Positions 48,471-57,854 of a DNA stretch of 64,000 bases are shown piece by piece. The stretch's first letter is position 1. Each line of letters begins with the position of its first letter. Both the position numbers and the translations under genes were made by a program. A model generated the notes under the pieces. The model ran no database searches. It saw only the letters and a list, made by a program, of their open reading frames with translations, and was not told the origin of the DNA. The DNA comes from Candidatus Velthaea sp. (lineage in GTDB: Bacteria; Vulcanimicrobiota; Vulcanimicrobiia; Vulcanimicrobiales; Vulcanimicrobiaceae), in the NCBI GenBank assembly GCA_965214935.1, contig CBDCCS010000004.1:32001-96000 (forward strand), read 5' to 3'.

Positions 48471-49075
48471 GCAAAAGGCTCCGTCCGGCGCACGATGCTA
48501 TCGATTTGCGCGTAGTTGCGATCACAGTCCGCACACCGTGCACTGCCCGACACGAATGCAAGGTCGCGGCCGCACTCGCACGAGTAGCCGCGAATTCGCG
48601 CGGGATTGCCGAATGCGCGAGCGTACGCCGGAATATCACGCGTGACGACCGCACCGGCGCCCACAAAGCCGAATTCGCCGATCGTCGTGCCGCAGACGAT
48701 CGTCGCATTGGCGCCGATCGAGGCGCCGCGCTTCACCAGCGTCCGAACGTAATCGTCCGGACGGTTGCGCGGCGTGCCCGATCGCGGCGTGCGCACGTTG
48801 GTAAACACCATGCTCGGACCGCAAAACACGTCGTCCTCGAGTTCAACGCCGGCGTAAATCGAAACATTATTTTGGATCTTTACGTTGTTGCCGATCCGCA
48901 CGTGCGACATGACGACCACGTTTTGACCGATCGTACACCGTTCGCCGATCGATGCGTTGGCCATGATATGACAGAAATGCCAAATTCGCGTCTGCGCGCC
49001 GATGCGAACGGGAGCATCGACATAGGATGACTCGTGGACGAACGCTTGGGCAACGTCGTGCATTAGCGCGGTCAC
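48467..49075 (-). CDS. Hexapeptide N-acetyltransferase (WbpD/WlbB-like)
   Basis: IWHFCHI, KIQNNVSIY, VFCGPSMVFTNV..PRS, GNPAR; GTG overlaps the upstream stop. Confidence 0.92.
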   Translation of the reverse strand: MTALMHDVAQAFVHESSYVDAPVRIGAQTRIWHFCHIMANASIGERCTIGQNVVVMSHVRIGNNVKIQNNVSIYAGVELEDDVFCGPSMVFTNVRTPRSGTPRNRPDDYVRTLVKRGASIGANATIVCGTTIGEFGFVGAGAVVTRDIPAYARAFGNPARIRGYSCECGRDLAFVSGSARCADCDRNYAQIDSIVRRTEPFA

Positions 49076-50076
49076 GCAATCGCCTCCAGGGCCGGCATTG
49101 CGCGATCCGCAACTCGCTGCGTCATCTCCAGCACCGTAACGACGTCGCGCCCTTGCAGCACGGTCGTGGGCGGTGCAACGCCGGTTGTCATCCAATCGAT
49201 AAACGCTTGCAGTTCGCACGCAAGCGGTTCAGCCGGAACGAACGGCACGTCGACGGCCGGCGAACGCCATAGGACCGCTTGCCCCGACTCGCTGCGGGCG
49301 CCGGCCGGCGTGCGGCACACCGTTGCACCGTCGCGCGCATCGATGAACGTCAGCACGCCGGCGGTTCCGAACACATCGAAGCGGGCGCTTTTGTCGACGT
49401 CGAGCCAACTCACCTCAAGGTGTGCCGTTCGGTCGCCGGCGAAGCGGAAATCGGCATAGGCGAAATCAGCTGCGCTCCGACCGATGCACGCCGTCTGAAC
49501 GGTGCTGACCGACGCCGGCAATTCGCCGTCGAACGCCGCGAGCATCAGCGCGATATCGTGCGGTGCAAAGCTCCACCAAACATTTTCGACGGGCCGCAGC
49601 TTGCCCCAACTCAAACGCCGCGAGCGCAGGTGAACGATGTCACCGATCTCGCCGCGCGCAAGACTGGCGAATAGCGCGCGAACCGCCGGATGATACAGCA
49701 ACACGTGCCCGACGAAGACCTTACGTTCCGCGCGCGCTGCGGCGTGCACGATCGACGCGGCATCGGCGGAGCTCAGCGCCAACGGCTTTTCAACGAAAAC
49801 ATGCAAGCCGGCGGCCAGGGCACGCGTTGCATAGGATGCATGCAGCGGTGCCGGGACGGCCAGCACGACCGCGTCGATCGAAGCGCGCTCGTCGAGCAAC
49901 GCGCCGAATGACGCCGTCGTACGCACGCCGGGGTATGCCGCACGCGCACGTTCGAGATTCAACGGGTCCGAATCGCAGATCGCCTGCAGCACGCCGGACT
50001 CGGCGGCCACGCGCACGAGATGCTGCCCCCAGTAGCCTGCGCCGACGACGGCAATGCGCGGACGTGCCGACGTCAT
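49072..50076 (-). CDS. Gfo/Idh/MocA oxidoreductase (WbpB/WlbA-like)
   Basis: VVGAGYWG, VEKPLA, VGHVLLYHP, WSFAPHDI. Confidence 0.88.
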   Translation of the reverse strand: MTSARPRIAVVGAGYWGQHLVRVAAESGVLQAICDSDPLNLERARAAYPGVRTTASFGALLDERASIDAVVLAVPAPLHASYATRALAAGLHVFVEKPLALSSADAASIVHAAARAERKVFVGHVLLYHPAVRALFASLARGEIGDIVHLRSRRLSWGKLRPVENVWWSFAPHDIALMLAAFDGELPASVSTVQTACIGRSAADFAYADFRFAGDRTAHLEVSWLDVDKSARFDVFGTAGVLTFIDARDGATVCRTPAGARSESGQAVLWRSPAVDVPFVPAEPLACELQAFIDWMTTGVAPPTTVLQGRDVVTVLEMTQRVADRAMPALEAIA

Positions 50077-51416
50077 AGCAGCACGACGTTGCCGCGTTCG
50101 GCGACGTCGCGCGTCGCATTGCGCGTGTCGACGATGCAGCGCGCATGCCGCACGACGCGTGCCCAATCGATTTGGCTATGATCGGTGAGAATAACGACAC
50201 AATCGGCGCTTGCGAGCAGCTCGTCGGTCAATGGGACGCTGTGATGCCGGCGGCCCGCCGCATCCTCGAAGCGCGACACGAACGGGTCGTGATAGGCGAC
50301 CTGCGCACCGTCGCGTTCGAGGATGTCGATGACCTTGAGCGCCGGCGATTCGCGCCAGTCGGCAATGTCGCGTTTGTACGCGACGCCCAGCGCGAGCAGG
50401 GTTGCATTCTTGAGCGCTTTGCGACCGGCATTGAGGCAGCGCGTCACCTTTTGACGGACGAAATACGGCATCGACAAGTTGATCTCGCCGGCGAGTTCGA
50501 TGAAGCGGGTCGGAAAATCGAATTCGCGAGCGCGCCACGCAAGGTAGAACGGATCGAGCGGGATGCAATGCCCGCCGACACCCGGTCCCGGTTCGAATCG
50601 CATGATACCGAACGGTTTGGTCGAAGCCGCCTCGACGATTTCCCAAATATCGATATCCAGTTTGTCGCACAGCATCGCCATCTCGTTGACGAGTGCGATA
50701 TTGACCGCCCGAAACGTGTTCTCGAAAACTTTCGTCATTTCGGCTGCGCGCGGTGATGAGACGCGCAGAACGTCGTCGATCGTCTGATCGTAAAATGTCG
50801 CTGCAACATCGAGGCAAGCCGGCGTCATTCCGCCGACGACCTTATTGGTATTTTTTGTCGTGTAGCGCTTGTTTCCGGGATCGACGCGTTCGGGAGAAAA
50901 TGCAAGAAAAAAATCGTCGGCAACCCGCAGGCCGCTTCGCTCGAGCAACGGCAGCAAAACTTCTTCCGTCGTCCCGGGATAGGTCGTACTTTCCAAGCAG
51001 ATCAACTGACCGGGGCGCAAATGTTCGGCGATCGCCGCGCCGACGTTGCGTATGTAAGAGACGTCGGGATCTTTATTCGGCGTTAGCGGCGTCGGAACGC
51101 AGATCACGATAACGTCGCAATCGCTTAGCGACGCAAAATCGATCGATGCCGTCAATTTGCCGCTGTCGACGACATCAGCCAGCTCGCTATCGGAGACGTC
51201 TCGAATGTAATTCAAGCCGTGGTTGACTTGATCGACTCGGATCGGATTGCGATCGAAGCCGCGAACCGAAAAGCCGGCTCTCGCTTTTGCAACGGCTAAC
51301 GGCAGGCCGACGTAGCCCATGCCGACGACGCCGACGTGCGCCGTACGCGCGACGATCTTTTCCGTAAGGAGTGCCTGCACCGACGTCCGAGCACCACTGA
51401 TGTCGAGGACTTGCAT
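50073..51416 (-). CDS. UDP-N-acetylglucosamine 6-dehydrogenase (WbpA-like)
   Basis: GMGYVGLPLA, CVPTPL, ESTTYPGTT, SPERVDPGN, GPGVGGHCIPLDP. Confidence 0.93.
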   Translation of the reverse strand: MQVLDISGARTSVQALLTEKIVARTAHVGVVGMGYVGLPLAVAKARAGFSVRGFDRNPIRVDQVNHGLNYIRDVSDSELADVVDSGKLTASIDFASLSDCDVIVICVPTPLTPNKDPDVSYIRNVGAAIAEHLRPGQLICLESTTYPGTTEEVLLPLLERSGLRVADDFFLAFSPERVDPGNKRYTTKNTNKVVGGMTPACLDVAATFYDQTIDDVLRVSSPRAAEMTKVFENTFRAVNIALVNEMAMLCDKLDIDIWEIVEAASTKPFGIMRFEPGPGVGGHCIPLDPFYLAWRAREFDFPTRFIELAGEINLSMPYFVRQKVTRCLNAGRKALKNATLLALGVAYKRDIADWRESPALKVIDILERDGAQVAYHDPFVSRFEDAAGRRHHSVPLTDELLASADCVVILTDHSQIDWARVVRHARCIVDTRNATRDVAERGNVVLL

Positions 51417-51440
51417 GACGAATGCCTTTGCTCCGACCGA

Positions 51441-53435
51441 TTAGCCGGCAACGAGTTCGGGTTGAGTTGTCGCAACCGGGCGGCGACGAGGGTTCGCCGC
51501 TACGCCGGGGGTAGTCGGGCGAAGCTCGGCAGCGGCCTCCGGCTCCGGCGCCGCGACGACGGACGGCAAGCGCGCCACGACCGTCGCTGGAACGGTATCG
51601 GTCTGACGCGAAAACGAAGGGATGAACGTTTGCACGACGGCAAGTGCCGCATCGGCATCGAACTTGCGGACGGCGAATTGCAAACGTTGCAGGCCATTGA
51701 CGAGCCGCGCGTAGTCCACGCGTTCTTGTTGCGCGATGAACAGCCGGTCATGGCCCGTGCGCGTAATGCCTTCTTGACTCGTCAAAAGTTCTTCGTAGAG
51801 CTTTTCACCCGGCCGAATGCCCGTTTCGACAATGTCGATGTCGCGATACGGCACGAGGCCGGCCAGCGTTATCACCGTCTCGGCCAGCGTAAGAATTTTT
51901 ACCGGCGCGCCCATGTCGAGAACGAGCACTTGGCCGTCCCGTCCGATAACGGTCGCCTCCAACACGAGCGCGACGGCTTCCGGTATCGTCATGAAATAGC
52001 GTTCCATGTCGCGGTGCGTCACCGTCAACGGACCGCCCGACTCGAGTTGGCGTTTGAACGTCGGCAAGACGCTTCCGCGGCTGCCCAGCACGTTGCCGAA
52101 GCGGACCGCGACAAATTCGGTCCGGCTGTACAAACCGAACGACTGACAAATGAGTTCGGCCATGCGTTTGGTCGCGCCCATGACGCTCGTCGGATTGACC
52201 GCTTTGTCCGTCGAGAGCAAGATGAATTTCGAGACGCCGGCGGCAGCCGCGGCCAGAGCGATCGTGTGCGTGCCGATGACGTTGTTACGCAGCGACTCGC
52301 ACACGTTCGCTTCGACGATGGGGACGTGTTTGTGAGCCGCGGCGTGAAAGACGAAGTCCGGACGATACCGCGAGAAAACACTGCGCACGGCAACCGCGTC
52401 GGCGACGTCGGCCAGCACGAGCTGCGTCCGCACAAATTGTTGCTTCGCGTGAAGTTCTTGCTCGATAGCAAAAAGGCTATTCTCGCCGTGGCCCAGCAGC
52501 AGAATCAGCCGCGGTTGCAGCGAGGCGATCTGCCGGCACAACTCGCTGCCGATCGATCCGCCGGCTCCGGTGATGAGGACGACGCGGTCGTGCAAGAACG
52601 GCGCCGCGGACGACGCGTTACGCGGCATCGGCGCGCGGCCCAGCAGTTCTTCGAGTTTAATATCGCGGATGCGCGACACCACGACTCCGCCGTTAAGCAG
52701 GTCACCGACGCCCGGGTACACTTTGACGTTGGGCGCGCGACCGAACGCGCCGCGCGAACGCGCACACATCTCGGCGACGCGATTCGAGACCGCCAACGAA
52801 ACCGACGGAATCGCAATGATGACGCATTCGATGCGTTCGCGAGCGATGAGTTCGGGCAAGTCGGCAAGCTTACCGAGCACGCGCAAATCTTCAATGCGAC
52901 GTGCGTTCGCGTCGTCGTCCACGCAACCGACGACCTCAAATGCAAGTTTCCGGTTCTCGCGTATGACGCGGCCAAGTGCCAAAGCGGCGCGGCCCGCACC
53001 GACTAAGAGCGTCCGCTTGGCTTCGCTTCGACGACTGTAAAGCGCACGGCGCAGGCCAACGACCGTCATTCGCACGATGATGCGCAGGACGAAACTCAAC
53101 ACGGCAGCCGCAAAAACGAGCCGCGCCGACGCATGGGCGAGCGGCGAGGGAAAGGCCTCGAACGCCCACGCGAACACCATTCCGACCGTCGCGCCGCCGA
53201 GCATCCGTCCAACGTCATGCTGGTCGAATGTTCGCGCGGTCTCACCGCGCGTATCGCAAACGATGCTTCCGGCGTAGAGCACGAGCGCCAGCGTCAGAAG
53301 CCCCGCAACCGGCGTCGAGGCCGTGTCGCCGGCAACGGCGGCGCAAAAGGCTGCGGTCACGAAGGTGGCCAAATCGACGATCATGAGCGCTGCGCGAACT
53401 TGCGGCCGGATCCCGCGCAGCGTCGTCGACGGCAT
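51441..53435 (-). CDS. Membrane-bound nucleotide-sugar 4,6-dehydratase (WbpM/CapD/PglF family)
   Basis: TM N-terminus; TGAGGSIGSEL, HAAAHKHVP, STDKAVNPTSVMGATK, RFGNVLGSRGSV, GIRPGEKLYEEL. Confidence 0.93.
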   Translation of the reverse strand: MPSTTLRGIRPQVRAALMIVDLATFVTAAFCAAVAGDTASTPVAGLLTLALVLYAGSIVCDTRGETARTFDQHDVGRMLGGATVGMVFAWAFEAFPSPLAHASARLVFAAAVLSFVLRIIVRMTVVGLRRALYSRRSEAKRTLLVGAGRAALALGRVIRENRKLAFEVVGCVDDDANARRIEDLRVLGKLADLPELIARERIECVIIAIPSVSLAVSNRVAEMCARSRGAFGRAPNVKVYPGVGDLLNGGVVVSRIRDIKLEELLGRAPMPRNASSAAPFLHDRVVLITGAGGSIGSELCRQIASLQPRLILLLGHGENSLFAIEQELHAKQQFVRTQLVLADVADAVAVRSVFSRYRPDFVFHAAAHKHVPIVEANVCESLRNNVIGTHTIALAAAAAGVSKFILLSTDKAVNPTSVMGATKRMAELICQSFGLYSRTEFVAVRFGNVLGSRGSVLPTFKRQLESGGPLTVTHRDMERYFMTIPEAVALVLEATVIGRDGQVLVLDMGAPVKILTLAETVITLAGLVPYRDIDIVETGIRPGEKLYEELLTSQEGITRTGHDRLFIAQQERVDYARLVNGLQRLQFAVRKFDADAALAVVQTFIPSFSRQTDTVPATVVARLPSVVAAPEPEAAAELRPTTPGVAANPRRRPVATTQPELVAG

Positions 53436-53448
53436 TGCGTCCGGCACG

Positions 53449-54384
53449 TTAAAGCCCAACGACGCGTCCGAGCAGGCCCAGCAACGATAAGAAACCCGTT
53501 GCATTGTTGCGCCCGGTATGTGCGCTTTCCGGGATATAGATGATGTCGTTTTTTTGCAACGCGACGTCGGCATCGCCGTTACCGTCGTTGAGCTGCTTGT
53601 ATAAGTCGACCGTTTGCAACGACGAGCTGCCGTCGGCGCGCCGGCGTGTGATGGTAATGTGACTGAGATCGGCCGTACCGCGGCTGTTGACGCCGGCACG
53701 TGCAATCGTCGCGGCAATGCGGTCGCCGCCCGCGACTTGCACGTCGCCCGGCTTGTCGACGGCACCTAAAACGTGGACGGTGAAAAGCACCGGACCCGGC
53801 ACGTAGACGACCGACTCGCCGCCCAGCGCGACGTTTTCACTCAAGTCTCCGCTGCGCAGCAGCCGGTCGAGCGATACCGCCGTCGCCTGCGAACCCGTGT
53901 CGTCGCTCACGCGCGCGACCGGAAAGTCACCGTCCGTCGGTCCTAAGCCGCCGGCAGCCGCGATCGCATCAGCGACACGGGCATCGGGCCGTAACGCATA
54001 CTTGCCCGGATTTTTCACGTTGCCTAAGACGAGCACGTTCGCGCTGCCCAACGCCGCCAACGACACTCTGACATCGGGTTCGCGCACGAGCCGCAGCATC
54101 GCACGCGCAATTTGCGCTGCGGCTGCGTCGGTCGTCTTGCCTGCCACGACAACGCGTCCCGCCAGCGGTAAGGTCACGCTGCCGTCCGGCGTGATTGTAA
54201 CGGTTTGCGATTCGGGTGTTTGACCGAATGCATAAACGATGATTTGATCGCCCGGATGAAGCGTGAAGGCCGGTGCGGCGGCAACCGTCATAAATATTAC
54301 AAGCATGATAACCGCCGTCTGCCACCCGCCGGTATGTGGATGTTTGTTTGAAATTGCAACCGGCCGCAGATGACGTGTCATCAT
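53449..54384 (-). CDS. Polysaccharide export protein (Wza-like, Poly_export plus SLBB domains)
   Basis: LHPGDQI...DGSVTLPLAGRVVVAGKT, VLGNVKNPGKY, DVALQKNDIIYIP. Confidence 0.88.
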   Translation of the reverse strand: MMTRHLRPVAISNKHPHTGGWQTAVIMLVIFMTVAAAPAFTLHPGDQIIVYAFGQTPESQTVTITPDGSVTLPLAGRVVVAGKTTDAAAAQIARAMLRLVREPDVRVSLAALGSANVLVLGNVKNPGKYALRPDARVADAIAAAGGLGPTDGDFPVARVSDDTGSQATAVSLDRLLRSGDLSENVALGGESVVYVPGPVLFTVHVLGAVDKPGDVQVAGGDRIAATIARAGVNSRGTADLSHITITRRRADGSSSLQTVDLYKQLNDGNGDADVALQKNDIIYIPESAHTGRNNATGFLSLLGLLGRVVGL

Positions 54385-54544
54385 CAGTTAGTATAAAAGA
54401 CCGGTCCGTACGAACGCTGGGCCGCATGGCCTAACGGAGCAGAACACATACGCTGCATGCGCCGGCCGGTAAACGCACAAAAATAGATTTCACCGAGTGC
54501 GTGGCGCTGGCATGTGACCCAGAACGGAAAAACTATTCCGTTCC

Positions 54545-54562
54545 TTGGGCCATTTGTCCCAA
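54545..54562. promoter_or_regulatory. Imperfect inverted repeat in the divergent wza/regulator intergenic region (candidate LuxR/NarL-type site)
   Basis: ttgggccatttgtcccaa; nearby direct repeat tgccgagt x2 at about 54647-54669. Confidence 0.35.
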
Positions 54563-54683
54563 AGTGCAGTGCTTAACGGCCGCTCGGCTTAGTGCTTCGG
54601 TTAGTCTATGTTTAAATAAGTTTACGCGCACTTAACAATTACCACGTGCCGAGTAAAATTTTGCCGAGTTCGGGGTTTGCATC

Positions 54684-55328
54684 TTGCTCGCTTCTCAGAC
54701 GCGTCAAATTCGCTTATTTATCGTTGACCCGCAACCGCTCATAGCGGCGGCGCTTTCGCATCTTTTCGAGGCCAACGACTATTTGCACGTCGTCGGTACA
54801 TCGCAAGCGGTTAAAGCGCTTACGCTGCGCACGGTGTGTCCGGATGTAATTCTTCTGGGCCATGCGCACGGTTCGACCGATATGTGCGAGATGGTCGCGG
54901 TGTGTAAAGAGGCGGTGGCGACCGCACGGATCTGCATTATCTCGTGCCATGCGCATCCGGAGTTGCTGCAGCGCGTTCTCGACGCCGGGGCCGAGGGCTA
55001 CACGATCAAAGATGCGCATCCGAACGAACTCATCGAGGCGATTAAAACGATCGCTCTCGGCACGACGTATGTCGATCCGCGGGTCGGCGGCTTATTGCTC
55101 AAAATGCACGGCCGCTCCCGACGCACGGGTCTGATGAATGCGCTTTCTTATCGTGAGATCGAAGTCATCCGGCTCATTGCCGGCGGCTTTTCCAACAAAG
55201 AAATCGGCGTAACGCTGACCTTATCGGAAAAGACGGTTAAAAATCACATCAGCCGCATTTTTTCCAAACTGCAGATTACCGGCCGCACGCAACTCGTCAT
55301 TCACGCGATCAAGACCGGCATCGCTTAA
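54684..55328 (+). CDS. NarL/LuxR family response regulator with atypical receiver domain
   Basis: LSYREIEVIRLIAGGFSNKEIG...SEKTVKNHISRIFSKL HTH; REC-like N-terminus. Confidence 0.9.
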   Translation: MLASQTRQIRLFIVDPQPLIAAALSHLFEANDYLHVVGTSQAVKALTLRTVCPDVILLGHAHGSTDMCEMVAVCKEAVATARICIISCHAHPELLQRVLDAGAEGYTIKDAHPNELIEAIKTIALGTTYVDPRVGGLLLKMHGRSRRTGLMNALSYREIEVIRLIAGGFSNKEIGVTLTLSEKTVKNHISRIFSKLQITGRTQLVIHAIKTGIA

Positions 55329-55352
55329 AACCGTCGATCGCACGACTGCGGC

Positions 55353-56390
55353 TTAGCCGGCCGCCGACCGGAGGGCGGGAAGTACGCGCCGCGCGGCAAC
55401 GGGCGTCCACGCGTTTTTACACAGCGATGCGTATGCCGCGTCGATCACGTCGACGGAAGCAATCGCGTCCGCTGCAGAGATTGCGGGCTCGCATTCGCCC
55501 TTGATCGCACCGGCGAAATCATCGATCTGGGCACAAAACGCCGCGCGTTTATCGTAGCCCTTGCCGAATGCTGCAGCGGGCTTCGTTGCGAACGTGATCG
55601 TCGATTCGCGCCAACCGATGTCGATCGTTCCCGCGCTGCCGTAGATGCGCAGAAACGTCGGGTCGGTCGTGCCGACGGACCACGATAACAAAATCAAACC
55701 GATGGTATCCGTGGCGCTCCGTACGAACAGGTGAACCGAGTCCTCGCAGTCGCCGTATCGCAGGTCCGCGGACATGTCGATGGCAAGCGCGGCGCCGATC
55801 GGTCCTAAGAGAAAGCGCATGATGTCAACCGAGTGCGTACCATTATCGATGAGTACACCGCCGCCGCTTAGCGCCACGCGACTGTTCCACCGTCCGGTCA
55901 TGTCGACGCTTGACATGAACGTGTTGTCGACGCGCAGGATCTCACCGATCCGTCCACTGCCGATAACGTCGCGCGCCGCGCGAATGTCTTCAACAAACCG
56001 GAACTTCGAGGCCATCGTTAGGATTCGGCCGGCCGCTTCGGCAGCGGCGAACATGCGTTGCGCCGAGAACGCGCCGATCGCGAGCGGTTTTTCGCACAGC
56101 ACATGGACGCCCGCAGCGAGTGCGTCAATGGCGATTTCCATGTGAAAAGCCGGCGGCGTGCAAACGATCGCGCCGTCAATATCCGCTGCATCGAGCAGAT
56201 CGCCATGGCTCCGAAAGACCGGTACTTGCAATGGACCGGCGAGCCGGCGAGCCGCACCGAGGTCGGTGTCGGCGACCGCAACGAGCCGTGCGCTGCACGA
56301 ATCGGCGAACGCTGCTGCATAACTTTGGGCAATTGCACCGGCTCCGATCAACGCAAGCCGGACCGGCGAAGATTCGGATCTGATTTTCAT
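55353..56390 (-). CDS. Gfo/Idh/MocA oxidoreductase
   Basis: LIGAGAI, VLCEKPLA, SGGGVLIDNGTHSVD. Confidence 0.88.
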   Translation of the reverse strand: MKIRSESSPVRLALIGAGAIAQSYAAAFADSCSARLVAVADTDLGAARRLAGPLQVPVFRSHGDLLDAADIDGAIVCTPPAFHMEIAIDALAAGVHVLCEKPLAIGAFSAQRMFAAAEAAGRILTMASKFRFVEDIRAARDVIGSGRIGEILRVDNTFMSSVDMTGRWNSRVALSGGGVLIDNGTHSVDIMRFLLGPIGAALAIDMSADLRYGDCEDSVHLFVRSATDTIGLILLSWSVGTTDPTFLRIYGSAGTIDIGWRESTITFATKPAAAFGKGYDKRAAFCAQIDDFAGAIKGECEPAISAADAIASVDVIDAAYASLCKNAWTPVAARRVLPALRSAAG

Positions 56391-56498
56391 GCTCGCATCG
56401 TACGATCGGCGGCGCAGCGTACGAAGGGTTCGGTGATTCGATGGCGCTAGGCCCAACGTCCCTTCGTTTACGAACGGCGTCACGCGTACGATAGAGAG

Positions 56499-57854
56499 GT
56501 GATGCTAACTACCCCGTCACCCGTTTGCGCTTCCGTCACGACCGGCACGGCCGTCGCGCTTAAAGACAAGCTGTTGCACCGGACCGCGACCATCGGCGTC
56601 GTCGGCCTCGGCTATGTCGGCTTGCCGCTAGCGGTTGAAAAGGCCAAAGTCGGTTTCCACGTCATCGGGTTCGACCGGAACGCGAAGCGTGTGGCGATGG
56701 TCAATAGCGGAACGAATTATATTAAGGACGTAAATGCGGCCGAATTAAGCGCCGTCACGTCTTCGCAGACCATCAAGGCGACGGACGACGTCTCGCTGCT
56801 CGCGCATTGCGACGTCATCATCATCTGCGTGCCGACGCCGCTTACGCCGAATCGCGCGCCCGACATATCGCATGTATCGAATGTCGCAAGCCAGATCGCC
56901 GCGCACTTGCGGCCCGGTCACCTCGTCTGTCTCGAAAGCACGACGTATCCCGGAACGACCGAAGAGATCGTGTTGCCGATCTTGCTCGAGAGCGGACTCG
57001 AAGTCGGCCGCGACTTCTTCCTCGCCTTTTCTCCCGAGCGTGTCGATGCGGGCAATCGGCGCTATTCAACGCGCAATACCAATAAGGTGCTCGGCGGTGT
57101 AACTCCGGCGTGTCTCGACGTCGCGGCGCTCTTTTACGGACAAACCATCGTCGACGTCGTCACCGTCTCGAGCCCGCGCGTCGCTGAAATGACCAAAGTC
57201 TTCGAGAACACGTTTCGTTCGGTCAACATAGCGCTCGTGAACGAACTGACGTTGCTCTGCGACCGCATGGACATCGATATCTGGGAAGTCATCGAAGCGG
57301 CAGCGACCAAGCCGTTCGGCATCATGCGGTTCGATCCGGGTCCCGGAGTCGGTGGACACTGCATTCCGATCGATCCATTTTATTTGGCCTGGAAGGCCAA
57401 GCAATACGATTTCAGCACGCGCTTCATCGAACTCGCGGGCGAGATCAACCGCTCGATGCCGTCGTTCGTGCGCGAAAAAATCGTTCGCGCGCTCAATGCA
57501 CGAGAGCGTTCGGTGCGCGGCGCTCGCATCGTCCTGTTGGGCGTTGCGTACAAGCGCGACATCGACGATTGGCGCGATTCGCCCGCGTTAAAGATCATCG
57601 AAGACCTCGAAAGCGATGGAGCCGAAGTCGTCTATCACGATCCCATGGTCGCCGAGATCGTCGATTACGCCGGGCGCGCGCGGCATAGTGTCGCCCTGAC
57701 ATACGAACGGCTGAGCGCGAGTGATTGTGCGGTCGTCTTAGCCGATCATGCGACGATCGATTGGCGCTTCGTGCTTGCCGGTGCGCCGCTCATCGTCGAT
57801 ACGCGTAACGTCTACCATGCCGACGCCGACGCGCTCAATGTGGTGCGCCTATGA
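56499..57854 (+). CDS. Second nucleotide-sugar dehydrogenase (WbpA-like paralog)
   Basis: GLGYVGLPLA, ESTTYPGTT, GPGVGGHCIPIDP; long stretches identical to 50073..51416. Confidence 0.93.
   Translation: MMLTTPSPVCASVTTGTAVALKDKLLHRTATIGVVGLGYVGLPLAVEKAKVGFHVIGFDRNAKRVAMVNSGTNYIKDVNAAELSAVTSSQTIKATDDVSLLAHCDVIIICVPTPLTPNRAPDISHVSNVASQIAAHLRPGHLVCLESTTYPGTTEEIVLPILLESGLEVGRDFFLAFSPERVDAGNRRYSTRNTNKVLGGVTPACLDVAALFYGQTIVDVVTVSSPRVAEMTKVFENTFRSVNIALVNELTLLCDRMDIDIWEVIEAAATKPFGIMRFDPGPGVGGHCIPIDPFYLAWKAKQYDFSTRFIELAGEINRSMPSFVREKIVRALNARERSVRGARIVLLGVAYKRDIDDWRDSPALKIIEDLESDGAEVVYHDPMVAEIVDYAGRARHSVALTYERLSASDCAVVLADHATIDWRFVLAGAPLIVDTRNVYHADADALNVVRL

Noticed and set aside
51336..53006. 556-aa plus-strand ORF
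   Set aside because: Antisense shadow of the WbpM-like gene; Arg-rich with no motifs, typical of high-GC DNA
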